Of a DNA stretch of 64,000 nt, positions 25,380 through 39,903 are shown in pieces; within the stretch, counting starts at the first letter, position 1, and each line of letters starts with the position of its first letter. Made by a program: the position numbers and the translations under genes. This DNA comes from Octopus sinensis (Eukaryota), in assembly GCF_006345805.1 (NCBI RefSeq), contig NC_043008.1:40176001-40240000 (forward strand). The letters are read 5' to 3'. The notes under the pieces were generated by a model. That model was not told the DNA's origin. It did not search any database and saw only the letters and a list, made by a program, of their open reading frames with translations.

Positions 25380-25790
25380 CTGTTGCAATGAAGAACTTCA
25401 CGGTCTGCTGTTAATTTTACACTGTGAGGTGACCGTAGCTGGGAGCAGTAGTCCAGGTGGCTGAGGAAAAATATGCTCCAGAGGACCATCATGGCTTCCT
25501 TCTCTCTGGTCCTGAAGGTTCTCAGGATCCATCCAGACAGCCGTCTGCAATTTCTCGCCATCTTGGTAATGTCCACTTCGAAAGAGGTACTATCATTCAT
25601 GTTGATATTCAGATCCCGCACTGATTTAGGTTCTGGGATTATAAACCCCCGTGGGCTAGGTACCCTGTAAGTTTCACAATCAGTTTTGGGCGCTGCTAGC
25701 GTAGGACTTGGAATTTACCCGCATTGAACTGCATATCATTGTCCTCAGCCCATCTGTAAATTTTATGTCAGGATATAGGCGTGCTTCCAT
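25380..25790 (-). pseudogene. CR1/L2-clade LINE RT C-terminal fragment
   Basis: WAEDNDMQFNAGKFQVLR* and RDLNINMNDSTSFEVDITKMARNCRRLSGWILRTFRTREKEAMMVLWSIFFLSHLDYCSQL. Same family as 15330-16440. Confidence 0.8.
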
Positions 25791-26052
25791 ATATTGATGT
25801 CCCCATTAAATTTACTCATTTCAGAACCCCCACTCCACCCCGCCGCATAACATAATTTAGAAACTTTATACTAACTTCGCACGTCTTTAGATTGTATCTG
25901 CTTGTACTATGTACTGTAGTAGCTGCTTTCCTACTTACTGTTATTGCTTTTAAGTATATTTCTGTATGAATAGAAATGTAATTTGTGGTAGGTCCCATAT
26001 GTAGGCACCGAAGCAAGGGTAGATATATTGACAAGGTTAGTAATATTAGCAA

Positions 26053-26053
<1 letters not shown>

Positions 26054-26119
<66 letters not shown>
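26054..26119. repeat. (AAT)n microsatellite
   Basis: Direct inspection. Confidence 0.95.
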
Positions 26120-26429
26120 TTGAGCAAACTGTAGCAAGACCCTCTATCTGTAACTGTAATACTAATTAGAATGTGACAGTGATTAATTGTAATCATTTAA
26201 TTATTTTGGGGATTTGTACTTATGCCTTCTCATAGGGCCACTAGGATAAATGTATTTAGGGATGTTTAAACAATTACCGTTTGTCTATTAAGATCACCGC
26301 TTGGGTACTATGGCTGTTATTTCAGAAGATAGACTTAATATGACATTTCTCCAATGTAAAGTCAATGCCCTAGCCATTACCTCCCCTTAACGGTAGTCTC
26401 CTCTTAGCCATAGTGCCTTCCTTCGCATG

Positions 26430-27360
26430 ATGCTTGTTTACATGTTTGGTTGTTGTATTTATAATGTCCTCAGCGGCCACTTATAGCATATGTTAATTCT
26501 CCATTCTTATAGCATTGAAGATAACCTTAAGGACCAGGTTGTGTCTCCATGTATACCTATTTCTTTACTACCCACAAGGGGTTAAACACAGAGGAGACAA
26601 ACAAGGACAGATACATGGATTAAGTCGATTACACGGCCCAAGTGCGTAACTGGTGCTTATTTAATCGACCCCGAAAGGATGAAAGGCCAAGTCAACCTCG
26701 GTGGAATCTGAACTCAGAACTTAACGGCAGACGAAATACGGCTACGGCGTGCTAACGTTTCTGCCAGCTCGCCGCCTTCTCCATGTATACCTGTTCAATG
26801 ATAGTGAACAGTTGGAAAGAATATGTTTCAGTGTAGCGACCTTTCCTACTTTGCATATATCATTCTCTGAGACGTTCCACGTTACTAGATTTGTAGGTCA
26901 TTGCAAAACATCATAGGATAAACGAATCAAAAATCTTAGCCGAGATGAGGTCCACTTCCATATTTCATCCCATATAATTCCCCTTTCAACAACATGCTCC
27001 TCCCATCCTGTCATGTATCCTTGTTGAATACATTGGGTCAAATGAAGCTCTTTTTCTCTCTGCTTCCTCCGTTTTGACGCTGTTGTTAACAACAGATCTG
27101 CGTTCGCTCAGCATCATACTTGCAAACGGTCTGAACTATTCTGCGCCAAAACTGAGCCCCATCCGATGAATTTCCATTGCACCCATCATATCTCGGTTTG
27201 TAAGAGAAGACAGGATATTATCAGTACCTGCTTCTGCTTTCCACTTCCTGGATGTTTTTACCTCAGGTGGATTACACCTGATTTCCATGCCCTTCGAATC
27301 TTTCAGCTTCATCACCGTTCTTACCTTCCCCAGTTTATATATTTCGACTATTGACGCCAG
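26430..27360 (-). pseudogene. Hero-like (RLE-type) non-LTR retrotransposon fragment, interrupted by a SINE
   Basis: QQGYMTGWEE...IIWDEIWKWTSSRLRFLIRLSYDVLQ*PTNL, resuming after the SINE as YTWRHNLVLK. These motifs are typical of the zinc-knuckle region of Hero-clade ORFs. Confidence 0.7.
26559..26777 (-). mobile_element. tRNA-type SINE with 15-bp TSD
   Basis: TCTCCATGTATACCT at 26544-26558 and 26778-26792. Body matches 23753-23987. Confidence 0.9.
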
Positions 27361-27910
27361 TGGTTACTGCAACGAGCCTCTTTTACGACAAAGAGCTGAA
27401 CTGCTCAATATCCGAGGTAGGCCTAGCCACTTTCTAAAGAACACATTATAATTTTGTTCAATGATTTGAACTCGTGACAATGCTACCACGTATATTAAAA
27501 GTGGCCACGAATAAAAGGTGATGAAACCTAACAGTGTAATAGGAATGAAGTCGAATGAAGAAAAATATATGGAATAAAATAATGCATAATAAAGGTGACT
27601 AAGAATTTAAAACAATGGAGCTAAAATAATATAAACATAAATATATAAAAATGCAAGAAAAGAAATATAGAAAATAAAGTGTAAGGTAACCAAGAATAGA
27701 GTCCATTCAAGCCCATCTCTACGATGCTGTTTCACATCGTTTATATCCATTAAGGAAATCCAAAGGCGACACCTTTTCATCTGGCGAAAACTTGCAAAGG
27801 TTTCACATTTCTGGTTATCACATTGTTCAAATAAAAGCGAGAGAGAGAGAAATAGATAGGGGAACAAAGAGACAGAAAGACTAATAATGAACGCGTTTGT
27901 GTCTTAGAAA

Positions 27911-28047
27911 TATATGTGTGCATGTACGTATGTATATATACACGTGTGTATTATCTATTTATCAGTCCATCTAGCTATATGTCTTTCTGGCTATCTCTTT
28001 CTCTGCCTATCTATCTATCTATCTATCTATATATCTATCTATCTATA

Positions 28048-28136
<89 letters not shown>

Positions 28137-28168
28137 GTCTGTCTGTCTATTAATCTATCTCTTTCTCT
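27911..28168 (+). repeat. Duplicated module containing an (ATCT)n microsatellite, copy 1 (copy 2 at 30225-30420)
   Basis: Shared unique flank gtgcatgtacgtatg...atttatcagtccatctagctatatgtctttct and shared end ctattaatctatctc. Confidence 0.85.
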
Positions 28169-28183
28169 TTACCGGGCATTACT

Positions 28184-28446
28184 CCATAGGATTATAATTT
28201 ATTCCGCAGTCTTCAAAATCATCTGGACGGAAAAAATATATGAATTCTGTAGACTAGGTTAGAACAGTAATGGAGGAGTATATTTTGGCACGGAATCTTG
28301 GAAGAGGGACCTTGCAAGTCTACCGGTGAGATGGAAGAGCGTTGTAGAAGGAGAGTATATTTTAGATTAAGGAACGAAATTTGTTTATCTTAATTTTGAA
28401 AAATAGAAGTATAAAAAGACCGCATTATTTATGGGATGAGCCAATA
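28184..28446 (+). mobile_element. mariner 3' fragment with terminal inverted repeat
   Basis: P*DYNLFRSLQNHLDGK...WKRDLASLPVRWKSVVE..EYILD*, followed by a TIR-like end aaaagaccgcattatttatgggatgagccaata. Confidence 0.75.
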
Positions 28447-28632
28447 TTGATAAACTAGCCAATCTCGCCAAGAAAGAGACTATAGTAGAGTAAATTATTT
28501 AGGTTTTTAAATAAATGAAGTGAAAATAATTGCTACGCGTAATACAAGCCGAGTAGTAGTAGTTGAAGTGGTAGTAGTAGTAGTAGTAGCTGCAGTAGCA
28601 GGAGAAGCAGCATAAGCAGCAGCAGCAGTAGC

Positions 28633-28663
<31 letters not shown>

Positions 28664-30224
28664 AGTAGTAGTAGTAGCAGCAGCAGCAGCACAGATATTT
28701 TCGATGCATGTATTTCGTATAAAGTATAATGTGGAGTAGTCCAACGGGCTGATTTGCTATAGATATTTAAAGTGTCAAGCGTTTCGTCCGTACGTTCTTC
28801 TTCTGCAGACGAAAATATGCACACATGCACAAAAAAAGAGAAAGAAATCATTACTTTATTCGAAACATTTTCTTTTAAAATCGAAGTCCACATACGCATT
28901 TTAACAATTAACGAGAAAAAAGAAATTTTGCTGAATGTTTTGTGAAAAGCTCTTCTTAATCTTAGAATAATTGCCATTCTTGATATATTGCAACAATTCC
29001 CATCAAGGATGCGGGTACCATGCGCCTTATTATGGACAAGCACTATACGTCTGAAATGATTAGCGAGGATTTGGAAAATATATCCAAATCTAAGTATCTG
29101 ACAATGCGATTAGTCAATACAGGCACTCACGGAAGTAAAGTTGAGTTTTCAACATAATGACATCGAAACAGATCCGTATTCAGAATATTTAGTCAGAAAG
29201 TTAATAAATTTCCATACACATAGGCGTACAAAGACTATGATTGAAGGGCTTATATGTATTCTCACTAAATTTGTACATCTTAATAACCGCCAATTGTGAC
29301 ATATCTCCCGTAATGTGGCTTCAGGTTCTCATCTACAAATAGAACATTACAAAAAAGCTATGAATAGAAGAAAACAATGCTGCATGGATAAAATAGTTAT
29401 AGAAATGGTAAAACACAATAAAAGAACGAAGTAATAATACAAATCCAACAAAGCTTTGTAAGGTACATTAGGAGTATTACACGAAGCATACACATGCTGG
29501 CTATATCAAGATAGAAATATCGTCAAAAGGATTTATTGAATGAAATACAATATGAAATACGCCCACAGTATGGCAGGAATAATAGTATACAAGAATATAA
29601 AGGCAAATGTAAAAGTTCTCGTTTTCAAATGAATACAAAGACGCAAACCTTTAAAGCACTGAATAAACTTGAGATAAACAATGCTAGTAAACAAACAATG
29701 CTATGTGTAGATCCATATCGAAACACAGAAGTAGTACATTAAAAATATATATACATATAACATGAGTGTAGACACACAAACACGCATGCACACACACGTA
29801 TGTGCGTGAGTGCGTATGTATGTGCGTAAGTGTGTGTATGGATGTATATATATATATATCTGTGCGTGTATGGGTGTGTATATCTTAGTGCCTGAGTGCG
29901 TTGTTGAAACCGCCATTCTAACTTGGCTTCTGTACGAAAATATCAACAAATGTATATAACTAATCAGGCGATGGTTCTGAAACAGACATATAATAACTGT
30001 TTCATGTTAAACTGTAACGTTCTGTGAACCTAAGTTCGTGAAAAGGAAATAAGGTATCAGAGAATCATGTAGAAATATATGCACACAGATGTACAATTAC
30101 ACAGCACACATGTAGACATACAGTCATTCAGTCAGAAACATCTAACATTCTATATATCTGTGCAGCTACGTACATATTTCTCTAATTATTTATACATATA
30201 TATGTATACATGTAGGAACGTATA

Positions 30225-30516
<292 letters not shown>

Positions 30517-31176
30517 TATATATATTATATATATATATAACAAAGTGTAGTTGTACGGTACTGCACGGGTGAAATTATATATGAAAGAAGGTTTGAAAAT
30601 GCAATTTTAAAAGATGTTTATTTACTTGACCGGTTTCACTTTTTTAGAGAAAGATTGCCAAAAGTAACATGTAAAAGCTTGGTGGTGTTAGGTACTGGTT
30701 GTTACAAAATATTACAATATATATATACATTCTTTGATAATAAGAATATGTTAAGAATATTATACAAGGGAAAATCTTGGGAAAATATTAAAAAGTTTAA
30801 CAAGTTCATTAAAATATTGGGCACAAAAGATTACAATATATATATACATTCTTAAGAAAATGTTAAAGATAGTTTCCAGAAAGAATTATCAAAATGTTCA
30901 GTGGAATGTTGGTATTGTATCTGTATATATATATACACAGAAAATTATAAGTTCAAAAAGGTTAATTTTTAGTAGTAGGGTAGTTTTAAATGACCTGATT
31001 CACCATATCATCGTAAAAGACTATTTTTTTTATTTCAAGGGACAGTGTAGGTGTGTTTGGGTGGGGGAAGGAAGAGTGATGTGGAATTGAAAAGAAGTTT
31101 TTTTTCTCTTTCAAGTATCAACGATTGGGGGAATTGGTCTTTAGAGGTCAGAATGGTATGAGTGTGTGTGTGTCTT

Positions 31177-31240
<64 letters not shown>

Positions 31241-33695
31241 GTTAGTGTTTTTGTGTGGGGGCCGTTTTTGATTTGTCCCAGAGTTTATTGTGGTGTAGGT
31301 AAACGTGTCTGTGTGTGTTATACACACACACACATATATACACACATATTCATACATATATATATATATATATATATACATCTATATATATGTGTGTGTG
31401 CATATATATATACTTATATATATATATATACATATATTTATTTATATATATGTACATACAGACATAATCGGAGACAAAGGGAGAAAGATATTCTTTTAAT
31501 AGTTTCAATACTGGATTGGTGAAATAGACAGCATTGCATTGACAAATATTTAGTCAATCACTACAGCAGAAATATTTTTCTCATAGTTTTTCGTTTTGTC
31601 TTGTCTTTTCATCATTTTTTTAGCGTTTTTTTAAACAATTTTTAACTCACTATATTTTCTCAAGAAACTTCACTCTCTCAAGCCAGAATTTTGATAAGTA
31701 TAAATGAAAATCAATTGAGTAAAAAAAAATGTAAATTCGATGCAACCAAACGGCTCACAAGTGTAGTAATCTTTTGTCGATAATGTAAAGAATATGTATT
31801 AAATATCTCCTGAGTCTCGAATAAATGTCATTTCCTCTGAATAAAAATTAAATAAGAGACAACGAACCCCGTCGATATGATTTAAGTGGGAAACTACTGT
31901 CATGAAATATAAAATTCTCATAGAAATTCAAAATAAACTACATCGCTCTCGGGGAAAATGGAACAAAATTAAAGGTAAACATGATTGTACGCAGCATGAA
32001 ATAAACTAAATCAAATCAGTTCTATAGACTTGTAAAATATGACGCCTGAATACAATACAAAATGCCATTACATGTCGGATATAGCTCCATTATTTCAGAA
32101 CATGAAGTAATATGTGGAAATATATATAATCGTCGCAAGCTGATCATATGAATTTACTGATCCGCGTTGTGAAATAATTTCATTGTCTCACACATTCAAA
32201 TGTAAACTAGTGATATCTAATGCATTATGAATATGCAGCGCAATTGCGAACTATAACGAGCATTAATAAAAATATATTATCTTCTAGAATTTACTTTGAA
32301 AAATCTCATGAAATTACACTATTTACTACATCTAATTCTCTTAAGGACCGACAAAAAAATCTACTCATTTACAGATACTTGCATAATATCTCCCTTGAAA
32401 TTGTAGATTATCCAAAATATATATGAATAAATCGCATATACTACATATAATTTACCGTCAGTATTAGAATTACGTTCTCAGAGGGAAACCGTTTGTTACG
32501 TAATGCTCAAATGAGTCGTATGGGGTAATATAACTGACACATCATGTATAGAATCAACGCTACATGCTGAAGTATCTGAACAACGTGACCAACTTACAGC
32601 TGTGAAATTCATGAAAAATAACAGTTAAATAGTTATGCCTTTGACAATTCTTGCAACATATTACAACCTTAGATTTTCAGCGCCGAATTTTACAGTATGA
32701 CTATCGCTCTACTACTTGAGCAGGGAACGAAGAAATAATCTGTGCATTCAATTGCACACCTCAAAAGCGTCCGCGTTGTGGTGTATTGTAGCGCCGTATG
32801 AAACACTTATAACAACTACTATTTCTATGTAAGTCATCACAGTATATTAGATCCAAGTAAAAAGGTCGATATTGTCAACTATATCCACAATATTTACAAT
32901 ATTGTACAGAAGTGAGATGAAACATAACGACATATGCGGTAATGGTTGTAAGAGCGAAATAGATTCCCTCCGTACTCTTTGCACGTTAATATAGACTTGA
33001 TATATAGTAACCCAATAGTATGCAATATGTATTTAAAATATGAAATATAAAGAGTGGCGATATTCTGTCATGAGCATATAGACCCAGTATATGACACGCT
33101 AAAGGGTTGGAGAAAATGTTTCACTGGGCCCGTGATAAGTGTGTATTTCATGTGTACATTACTCCACTATGTATTAGAAATGGGAGAATTGGTCTTAAAA
33201 GCTTTTAGAACGACGGAAGCTATCATGTTATTCCTGTGGAAAGTCAATCGCAGCTACTCGCCGGGAATCATTCTCTTCTTTGCACAAATTGTGGAAAATT
33301 TATTTTCGAAGTAAAGAATTCAGGCGATATTTCACAAAGTTGAATATATGCAGTAACTGATATGTAGAGAATGGAGGTATCTTGGAGTGAATATATTAAC
33401 AGAGAATCGCAATTTATATCTTAAATAGCTTGGACAATGCTGCATCAGATTTTGTAATTAAACGCAACGATTATTTTACGCGGTCAACACGCCAAAGCGA
33501 CCACCAGAAGCAACATTGGAAACTGGTGATGGACACTAATGCATATCAAAGGCCATAATCGTTCAACAACACTACACAATCTAATGTTTTGTTGGCTGTA
33601 GCATTATTCACTCTCAAAAACTAATTGAACATTCCAAACTGTTGAAAGTACATTATAGCAAAAGCAACATATGAGGGTACATGCCCGGTGCCTAT

Positions 33696-33783
<88 letters not shown>

Positions 33784-33785
<2 letters not shown>

Positions 33786-34039
33786 CGCGGTTTCGATTCC
33801 CAAATCGGGCGTTGTGAGTGTTTATTGAGCGAAAACACCTAAAGTTTCACGAGGCTCTGGCAGGGGTGGTGGCGATCCCTGCTGTACTCTTTCGCCACAA
33901 CTTTTTCTCACTCTTTCTTCTGTTGGCCTGCTTACTCAGCTGGGGGGCGGGCGTCATTTGAAGACTAAAACTATGCGAAGCGCATTGTGACCAGCGATAT
34001 GTAGCGACATCTGATAGCCTGGTCGGTCATGGTGATCAC
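33784..34039 (+). mobile_element. Truncated SINE (family of 6280-6668)
   Basis: gatcgcggtttcgattcccaaatcgggcgttgtgagtgtttattgagcgaaaacacc matches the reverse complement of 6560-6620. Confidence 0.8.
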
Positions 34040-34040
34040 G

Positions 34041-34080
<40 letters not shown>

Positions 34081-34300
34081 TGTGTGTATGTGTGTGTATG
34101 TGTGTGTTTGAGAGTGTGTGCGCGTATGTGTGTGTGTTTATATACTCATTTTGCAAGATTCTTGATGTGAAATCGTGTGTTGAAACAGATATTGTTGTAT
34201 TTGGGGATGGTCATGTTGCCAGTTTAGCCAATGGAAAGACACATACTGTATATTTGGTGTCCACATTCGTCAGCTTTATTTTATATTAATTGTATTTCGG

Positions 34301-34340
34301 CCAGAGTTCTTTCGTCACACTTCTGTGATCTCATCAGTGG
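34301..34340 (-). ncRNA. Candidate minimal type I hammerhead ribozyme
   Basis: Reverse complement reads CCA-CUGAUGA-G(A)UCACA-GAAG-UGUGAC-GAAA-G-AA-C-UC-UGG. Stem I is only 3 bp. Confidence 0.5.
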
Positions 34341-37300
34341 TTCTTTGCCTTCTTTTTTCTTGTGTCTCTCCTTACTAACGATCCGCCACAGTAACAATAC
34401 AATTTTCACTGTTTCCATATACTTGAAAGGCATCCTAAAAGCACAAATTAGATATTAGTATTTTTGACATTATTATTATTTATAAAATAAATATCTAGAA
34501 AAGAATTATTTACACAATTATTTACAAATTATGTATAATAGAGTTTGTTTGGAAAATACGACAGCATGATATAGATTTCCACAAAAATAATTCAAAAATA
34601 ATTAAAAAAATATAAAGAAAATGATATTTATAATCTAATATGTATTTTGAAAAGTTTTCTCCACAAGAAATTAATTATCTCAAATGCAGTCAAAATGACG
34701 AAACGAGATATTGATTGCAATTTGCAGAAATTGAAACAAAATAAAATAAAATCGGTAAGTAACAACATATAAATAATATTTACTAAAAACAAAACAAAAA
34801 ATTGAAATGGGAGTAAAAAATCATTGGATGATATTGAATTTAGTCAAATTAGTTATCATCTAGTATCCCATTTGGGGAATATCTGTATATTGGTTGCTTC
34901 ATGATCGTGTAGCGTGTTGCTGTTTTTACTTTGCTTTAGGAACACCAAAGAGAATGAAGGAAATATTGAGAGAGTGTGAGACAGAGAGAGAGAGATAGAA
35001 ACTGGGGGAAAGAGAGAGATAGACAGACAGTGAGAGCGAAAGAGAGAGAGAGGGAGCGAAAAAGAGGGAGAGGAAATGGCAGAGAGGGAGAGTGATGTTG
35101 AGAGAAGAGAGGGTGTAAATTCAAAGAAGAAATGAAGCAAAACTTAAGAGAGATAAATGGAGAGACAGAGGTCGAAGGAAAGAAAGTGTTTCGAAAGATG
35201 AATTTGTTTAGTTATTGATTTAGTTTCTTGTTTCTTAATACATAGATCTTTACTGATTTGGGTGAAGAATTTTCTTAATTTCGTTATCTCACGGCAGGAA
35301 ATCTTCGTTTTCAGATTAAAAGGAGACAAAAAGGTAAAAATTCAAGACTAAAAAAACAAACAAAATAACAATAATAATAATTACATCTAAATAAAAAATA
35401 CAATAATAAACAAAACAAAATTCTAAATATAAACAACAGTAACACTAAACATTGAAAACTTTGAAAAAAATTGCTGAAAGCTAAATTTGTTTTAACTTTA
35501 ACAAATTCTTTTCTAATGAGGAAAATTTAAGATACTTATCTTTAACTAGCAGCATAAAATTTTGTTGCAAATATACAGGTCGTACTCTGGAGAAAAATAT
35601 GCTAAAGTGAAGAATATAATATCTAATTAATCTGCAGTTGAAAAAGGGAATTATATTTCGGTTCTTTTTTAGTATTATCCTTTTTTATTTTTGCAAAGTA
35701 AAGTTCTTTCTGGCGTGTGTATTTAATTCTGTAGATGTTGATGAACTATAGATATACAACGGCTTAGAAATTGAATCATTGAAAGATGGTGAAGTAGATG
35801 ACTGTAATTCTAAGAAGAATTACTCTTATGTTTGTTATGTGTTTCAGTATGATAACATTTTTAGTAAGATTATTAATCTTATATTTGAGTACCCGGTGGG
35901 AAAGACACATTTTTCACTTTGAAAGACTCCTGCTTGAATGCCACCAATATCAAGCAAAACTAAGTCGGCTAATGAATATAATGTTTTATCTGATTCCCTT
36001 CAGATTTGTATTACTTACAAATGTAATGTGTACGATCTTCCGCTGAAGATTGCGTTCCTTCTTTCTGATGTAAGTCATTTTTAAAATTTGTCTTTCCTTT
36101 TTAGTTTTTAATCGAATTAGCAGAGTAATTATAACGGCAGACAAAATTTTTCGCACTTTCGACTATGTGCACTCTGAGTTCACATCTCGCTGAAATCACT
36201 TTTGCCTTGACGATTAAGGAGTGGGAAAAATGGCCAAATCATAACATTAGATTAAGCTTTCCTCACCGGTCCCTAGAGACTTGATCACCCTTGAATTGAT
36301 GGCATTGTGCTCAACCATCATCTTACTGTAACCAATGTCTCTTTTCGGCTACACGTCATTAAATAACCTGGAAACAAGCTTTGCATAAATTTTGCAGATG
36401 AAAGATTATGTGTACAGATGCCGCACCAGCTCCAACGTGTATACCGGTTAATGATTTGTAGGCACTTGGTATTTTGTTATGCAAACATAATATACTATAA
36501 ATCATACTACAAGCCGTTTTATAAGTCAGCACCACGCTCTATCCCATCAGCAGTGCTTCTTACATTATTTTGTAAAGGTTATTTCTACAAATATTCTGTA
36601 AAACTTATAGCCAGCACTGATTATTGCTACAACGTTTCATATCGAGACGTCACATGTATACAGACAATGTGATCCAAGACAAAAGTCAGTAATGAGTATG
36701 CATGCTATATTTTTGGCGATGTTGCCCCTTCTCCAGCACTCATCTAAACCCATTTTCACCTCCGTACGCATTGCTTAAATAATCATCGCTTACAACGGTG
36801 TCAAGTTAGTCGATATACCATTTTACATAGACGAACTGTAGAAATAATCTTAACATAGAACATCTATAGAAATAATCTTAACACAATATCGGTAGAAATA
36901 ACCTCAACAAAATAATGGAAGAAGCATTGCTGACCAGTAAACTGTGATGCTGACTTACAAAAAAACAACAGTTAATATACTTTATAGTATATTATCTTTG
37001 CATAACGAAGTGCCACGTACCTACAAATCCTTAATGTTTACATACCAACCCCTGGATTGCGTTTCATATGTAAATTGGTATGTCCAATAATTTAACACCG
37101 CTGTATGCGGTGGCTATAGAAGCAATGTGTTCGGTGGTAAGACTGGGTTAGATTAATGATGATGAAGGGGCAACAACCACACAAAATATGACACATACAT
37201 TCATTACCCATTTTTGTTTACATCTGAAGTCTCAATACGAAACGTTGTAGCAAAAATTGGTGATGGCTATAAGTTCTATAGGTTATCTGTATAAATAATA

Positions 37301-37403
37301 TTAACAATTATGTATGTTTATTCTCTTTGTTTACACACGGTGGTCTTAATCCAGAAAATTACGAACTTTTTAAAACCAACTCCGACGCTATCACATGCCC
37401 CAA

Positions 37404-37580
37404 ACTCCCACACCTCTTATCGTCTCCCAGCTGCTTTTTACGGTTCTTGAAGCTTTTCTGCAAGCGAAAACGGACGCTCGACAAGTTAAGCTATAGGCTG
37501 CCTTGAACCATTCATATGTTTCTGTAGCAGTTTTTCACAGTTTAACGCAAAGCACTTATTGCATAGCGTGCTCCCAAATT
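37404..37580 (-). pseudogene. mariner transposase N-terminal (HTH) remnant
   Basis: CVKL*KTATETYEWFKAAY...SRASVF...KSFKNRKKQLGDDKRCGS, resembling the mariner pattern KLGKTATETYEML...EDDxRSGRP. Confidence 0.6.
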
Positions 37581-38394
37581 GTTTTCTTACCCCGGTGGCA
37601 TTCTGCAATGTTGTCAGTTTGTCAGCTCTAACAAGCAGTGTTTCGTAAGGTGTATACAGCCTTCTCTTTTAATCTACAACAACAAAAGTTGGCAAGTTAG
37701 CATATTAGACGTATAGTAATGGTATACCAAAGTCACATTAATCTAGAACATCTATGATTGTTTCTCATAAAAACGACTCAAGTCTCCTGGAATGCAGGTC
37801 GTATATGCATCTGCGTATTCCATAGAGCTTTAAAACATTAACATAAAACTGCCTGAGGTAGCAAAGGGCAATATTTCCCAACACTTTAAGAACTACTTAT
37901 GTAATCTCTCGAAAACTGTTGCTGTCAAACCGCTTTCAAAATGGTTCACGAAAAACCAAGACCATGGTAAAGTACAACAAAATACAGCATTGCATACACA
38001 AAAATTGAACGCATGACAATTCAGTTGCGGCGATAACGTCTTAACCAGGCAGCCATGCCTACGTCGGTTTTCATATTATATTATTACACCGAACAGCATT
38101 TCAAAGGTAAAACATAAGTAGGTATATTATATATCACATAAGGAAATATATTATATATTAACTATTTGGTATAGATCATAAAATGCTTCCTGCAACGATT
38201 TATATGTAACATATCAAATATAAACGAGCATAGGTAACTCAGAATTAATGTGAGTTTTAAAGGCTATATCTTTGGATAAACATTATTAAATAACAACAGC
38301 AATGTTAATAATATTAATGATGGCAATGATATTAAGAATAACATTAGTAATGAAATTAATAACAAAAATAGTAATAAGAATCAACATAATAGTA

Positions 38395-38429
38395 ACATTT
38401 CTCCGCCTCCTCCACCTCCTTCTTCTTCT

Positions 38430-38464
<35 letters not shown>

Positions 38465-38527
38465 TTCTTCCTCTTCTCTTCTTCTTCTTCTTCTTCTTCT
38501 TCTTCTTCTTCTCCTCCTCCTCCTCCT

Positions 38528-38559
<32 letters not shown>

Positions 38560-38586
38560 TTCTTCTCCTTCTTCCTCTTCTTCTTC

Positions 38587-38621
<35 letters not shown>

Positions 38622-38716
38622 GTTATCATCACCATCATGATCATCAGTATCATCATCATCATCATTATTATTACAGTTTATTATTATTATCATTATTATT
38701 GTTATTATTATTATTA

Positions 38717-38754
<38 letters not shown>

Positions 38755-38815
38755 GTTATTATCATTATTATTGTTATTATTATTATTATTATTTTTATTA
38801 TTATTATTATTAGCA
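38395..38815. repeat. Compound trinucleotide microsatellite (CTT)n-(ATT)n-(ATC)n-(ATT)n
   Basis: Direct inspection. Confidence 0.95.
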
Positions 38816-39316
38816 TAATCATTATTACAGGTCGTCGTCGTAGTAGTAGTAATATAAGATCAATTGTTTATACTCATATAACATCCTATATCTATCCAAT
38901 TAAGAATGTATTTCTCATGTAATCGAATAGCCTACCTCATATCTTTAGCCATAAATGACCCATTTAGGGCCTTCCATGAAAAGGTGGGATTTTATATTGA
39001 AAACGCTTAAATGTGAGAACCAGTAAACAAGAATTATTGACATGTTAGAAAGATAAATGTAACTAAATGTTAGCACATACACAAGTAGAATCTAGAATAC
39101 ACACAAATATGCATTTTCAAACAGGCGCACTCGGGCACGTACATGCTGATAGATAGATAGATAACTAGATAACTCACTCTCTGTCTCTATGCATATATAT
39201 TTATATACACACTTACACACACACATACATGCACATAAATATATATTTATACGTGTACATAAATTTGTGTTTAGACAATGATATACATTTATATATATAT
39301 GTCTTACCATTTTTAT

Positions 39317-39381
<65 letters not shown>

Positions 39382-39591
39382 GATATAGGCACGCACACAT
39401 ATGCACGCCTACGCACATATGCATACGTGTGCTTGTGTATACGCATGTATTTATCAGATCTATTCACCCAGATACACACGTATATATATGAGAGAAAGCG
39501 AGACAGAGAATTAAAGCACGCAACGGAGTGAAAGCAATTTATAGGGAAATAATGCATGCATATATATGTGTATTTTATGCATATATATATA

Positions 39592-39654
<63 letters not shown>

Positions 39655-39742
39655 GAGAGAGAGAGAGAGATAGAGATGTAAATATATATATATATGAATA
39701 ACTAAATATATATATACGTATATACATATATACATACACATA

Positions 39743-39793
<51 letters not shown>

Positions 39794-39870
39794 ATATATA
39801 TTATATATATATATATATATATATGTACATGTATATTTTTGCACGTATAGAAGCGTGTGATTATATATAT

Positions 39871-39903
<33 letters not shown>

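Noticed and set aside
6280-26777. tRNA genes
   Set aside because: The A/B-box-like heads continue into multi-copy SINE bodies, some with TSDs, and do not form complete cloverleafs.
28775-28810. Minus-strand CAGAAGA-A-GAACGUACGGAC-GAAACGC, possible decayed HHR
   Set aside because: Core and stem II both mismatch, so too many assumed mutations are needed.
37218-37250. CUGAAGU...GAAACGUUGUA, possible decayed minimal HHR
   Set aside because: A9 is missing, stem II cannot form and stem I is weak.
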